Part shown: piece after piece, positions 62,631 to 64,000 of the stretch
Position numbering within the stretch: the stretch's first letter is position 1
Layout: each line of letters begins with the position of its first letter
NCBI GenBank assembly: GCA_965242795.1
Contig: OZ251505.1
Location: 363,000-426,999, forward strand
Length of the DNA stretch: 64,000 bases
Direction: 5' to 3'
Source of the DNA: an uncultured Candidatus Binatia bacterium
Lineage (GTDB): Bacteria > Desulfobacterota > Binatia > Bin18
Notes under the pieces: generated by a model
Databases searched by the model: none
Told to the model about the DNA's origin: nothing
The model's input: the letters and a program-made list of their open reading frames with translations, nothing else
Translations under genes and position numbers: made by a program

Positions 62631-62870
62631 TCAGTCGTCGCGCGCCCGCCGTTTGTGCCGGCGATAGCTGGCGGGTTTCATGCGCACCTTGCCACACTGC
62701 GGGCAGCGCCATCTCTCCTGCTTGTGCGGCCGATGGGCCTCGACCTGCATCTTCGTCCGACAGCGTGGACACCGCATACGCTTCTCCGCTTCCGTTCCGC
62801 ATACACCGAAGCCACTCGGCGCGCCAAGCCGGGAGCGGATGTCTGACGTCGTCGTAGGCAGCCAACTCAC
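62631..62870 (-). CDS. small zinc-ribbon protein (two CxxC pairs), highly basic
   Basis: …MRCPRCRTKMQVEAHRPHKQERWRCPQCGKVRM… Uncertain whether it is expressed. Confidence 0.35.
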   Translation of the reverse strand: MSWLPTTTSDIRSRLGAPSGFGVCGTEAEKRMRCPRCRTKMQVEAHRPHKQERWRCPQCGKVRMKPASYRRHKRRARDD

Positions 62871-62924
62871 CCCCCGCCCCTCTTCCGCCCTTCGACAAGC
62901 TTAGGGCACCGCAATCTCGGGGAC

Positions 62925-63240
62925 TTTCTCATCCCCAAGTTCGTTGAGCTTGCGGTGCCTTGAGCCTGTCGAAAGGTCGAGACGAACCCCGATGTCACCT
63001 CGACCTTCGCACCCCGCCCCTTCGACTCTTCGACAAGCTCGGAGTCCAACCCGTTGAGCTTGGTCGAAGGGCGTGGCAACGGGCACGGGACTCTCTTGTA
63101 TGTCATTCCCGTTTCAAACCGGCCCCTCTCCCAACTTCAACATGAAAATCAGGGCTTGCCTCTGCCGGTTCGGGAAGCTATGGGGAAAATCCGCAGGCCG
63201 CCGCGTCTCTATCATTCCCACATTCACAGTCTGGAGCGTC
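62925..63240. repeat. Composite dispersed-repeat array upstream of the CoA-transferase gene
   Basis: The 50-mer gttcgttgagcttgcggtgccttgagcctgtcgaaaggtcgagacgaacc. Inverse-orientation copy cgacaagctcggagtccaacccgttgagcttggtcgaaggg. gcaacgggcacgggactctcttgtatgtcattcccg (paralog at about 45990). Confidence 0.6.
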
Positions 63241-63245
63241 ACTGC

Positions 63246-64000
63246 ATGTTGCGTCCGTATCGCGTCCTCGACCTGACTACCGAACGCGGGCTGCTGTGCG
63301 GCCAGATCCTGGCCGACCTCGGAGCCGACGTCATCAAAGTGGAACCGCCCGGCGGCTCGGCGGCGCGCACCCTCGGCCCGTTCTACAAGGACGAGCGCGG
63401 CGCGGAGAACTCGCTCTACTGGTGGGCCTACAACCGCAACAAACGCGGCGTCACCCTGGACGTCGGTAAACCCAAGGGGCAAGACGTGCTGCGGAAGCTG
63501 GCGCGCACCGCCACGTTCCTCATCGAGTCCGACAATCCCGGCACCCTGTCCGCCTACGGGTTGGGCTATGCCGACCTGGCCGAAGAAAACCCCGGCCTGA
63601 TCTACGTCTCCATCACCCCGTTCGGACAGGACGGCCCCAAGGCCAGCTACGCGGACAGCGACCTGGTCGTGCTGGCGAGCAGCGGCCCGCTGGTCATCAC
63701 CGGCGACGAAGACCGCCCGCCCGTCCGGCTCAGCGTGCCGCAGGGCTATCTGCACGCCAGTGCGGCCGCGGCCCCCGCGGCGCTGATCGCCCTGTACGAA
63801 TCGCACCGCTCGCAGCGCGGCCAGCACATCGACGTGTCCGCGCAGCAGGCCGCGATGCAGGCCGTCCAATCGACCGTCCTGTCCGAGCCGCTGGGCGACG
63901 CGGAAACGCGCCGCATGGCCGGCGGCGCGAAGATGGGGCCGCTCGCCATCCGCCTGCTGTGGCCGTGCAAGGACGGGCACGTGTCGATCGCCTACCTGTT
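63246..64000 (+). CDS. CoA-transferase family III (CaiB/BaiF) protein, 5' partial (runs off window end)
   Basis: MLRPYRVLDLTTERGLLCGQILADLGADVIKVEPPGGSAAR... is the canonical family III CoA-transferase N-terminus with the Asp region (…IESDNPGTLSAYGLGYADLAEENPGLIYVSITPFGQDGP…). Confidence 0.85.
   Translation, partial: MLRPYRVLDLTTERGLLCGQILADLGADVIKVEPPGGSAARTLGPFYKDERGAENSLYWWAYNRNKRGVTLDVGKPKGQDVLRKLARTATFLIESDNPGTLSAYGLGYADLAEENPGLIYVSITPFGQDGPKASYADSDLVVLASSGPLVITGDEDRPPVRLSVPQGYLHASAAAAPAALIALYESHRSQRGQHIDVSAQQAAMQAVQSTVLSEPLGDAETRRMAGGAKMGPLAIRLLWPCKDGHVSIAYL

Overview
This is a 64 kb segment of a high-GC (about 68-70%) bacterial chromosome. The organism looks Gram-negative by content: an autotransporter beta-barrel, an OmpA-domain lipoprotein, MlaD, and a TolB-like propeller. 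I cannot assign a taxon from the sequence alone.

Most of the window is core metabolism and housekeeping:
- ethanolamine permease, Lon, Pgk, two M16 peptidases
- an E2-Lpd-LipB-LipA operon, RNase HII
- coproporphyrin-type haem genes (hemY, hemH, hemE)
- type IIA topoisomerase A and B subunits
- DEAD-box helicase, Dus, MutL, MutS, an acyl-CoA dehydrogenase
- an EF-G paralog, tRNA-Leu(UAA), an LLM oxidoreductase, cytochrome c', and a partial CoA-transferase

Several accessory-like islets sit between these core genes:
- A 2.5 kb islet at 10.85-13.4 kb with a gene remnant, a DUF4160/DUF2442 pair, a secreted LigE-type ATP-dependent DNA ligase, and yefM-yoeB.
- A minus-strand cluster at 18.4-22.2 kb: ferritin-like di-iron protein, class-I-like HMG-CoA reductase, DAGK-family lipid kinase, and a methyltransferase-like protein, with no other mevalonate-pathway genes.
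- A roughly 1826-aa autotransporter adhesin with six copies of a roughly 105-aa repeat. The same repeat appears once in a separate TolB-like secreted protein, which also has a duplicated Cys-rich C-terminal domain.
- An imperfect tandem duplication of about 0.5 kb at 28.6-30.1 kb. Each copy carries a retropepsin-like (DTGA) protease gene and is followed by a degraded antitoxin-like gene. This is my strongest candidate for an undescribed module.
- hicAB plus an orphan higA-like gene with paired hairpin repeats upstream.

The intergenic space carries two dispersed repeat families: a 'TGAGCCTGTCGAAAGG' family and a palindromic 'GTAGGGGCG...CGCCCCTAC' family, often fused into composite elements. 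There is also an inverted-repeat-flanked low-GC insert upstream of the permease.

I found no rRNA, CRISPR array, transposase or integrase. Many long ORFs in the six-frame track are antisense or off-frame artefacts of the high GC content and were not called. My manual base counts differ by about 1 bp from the ORF track in places; coordinates follow the ORF track where one is available.
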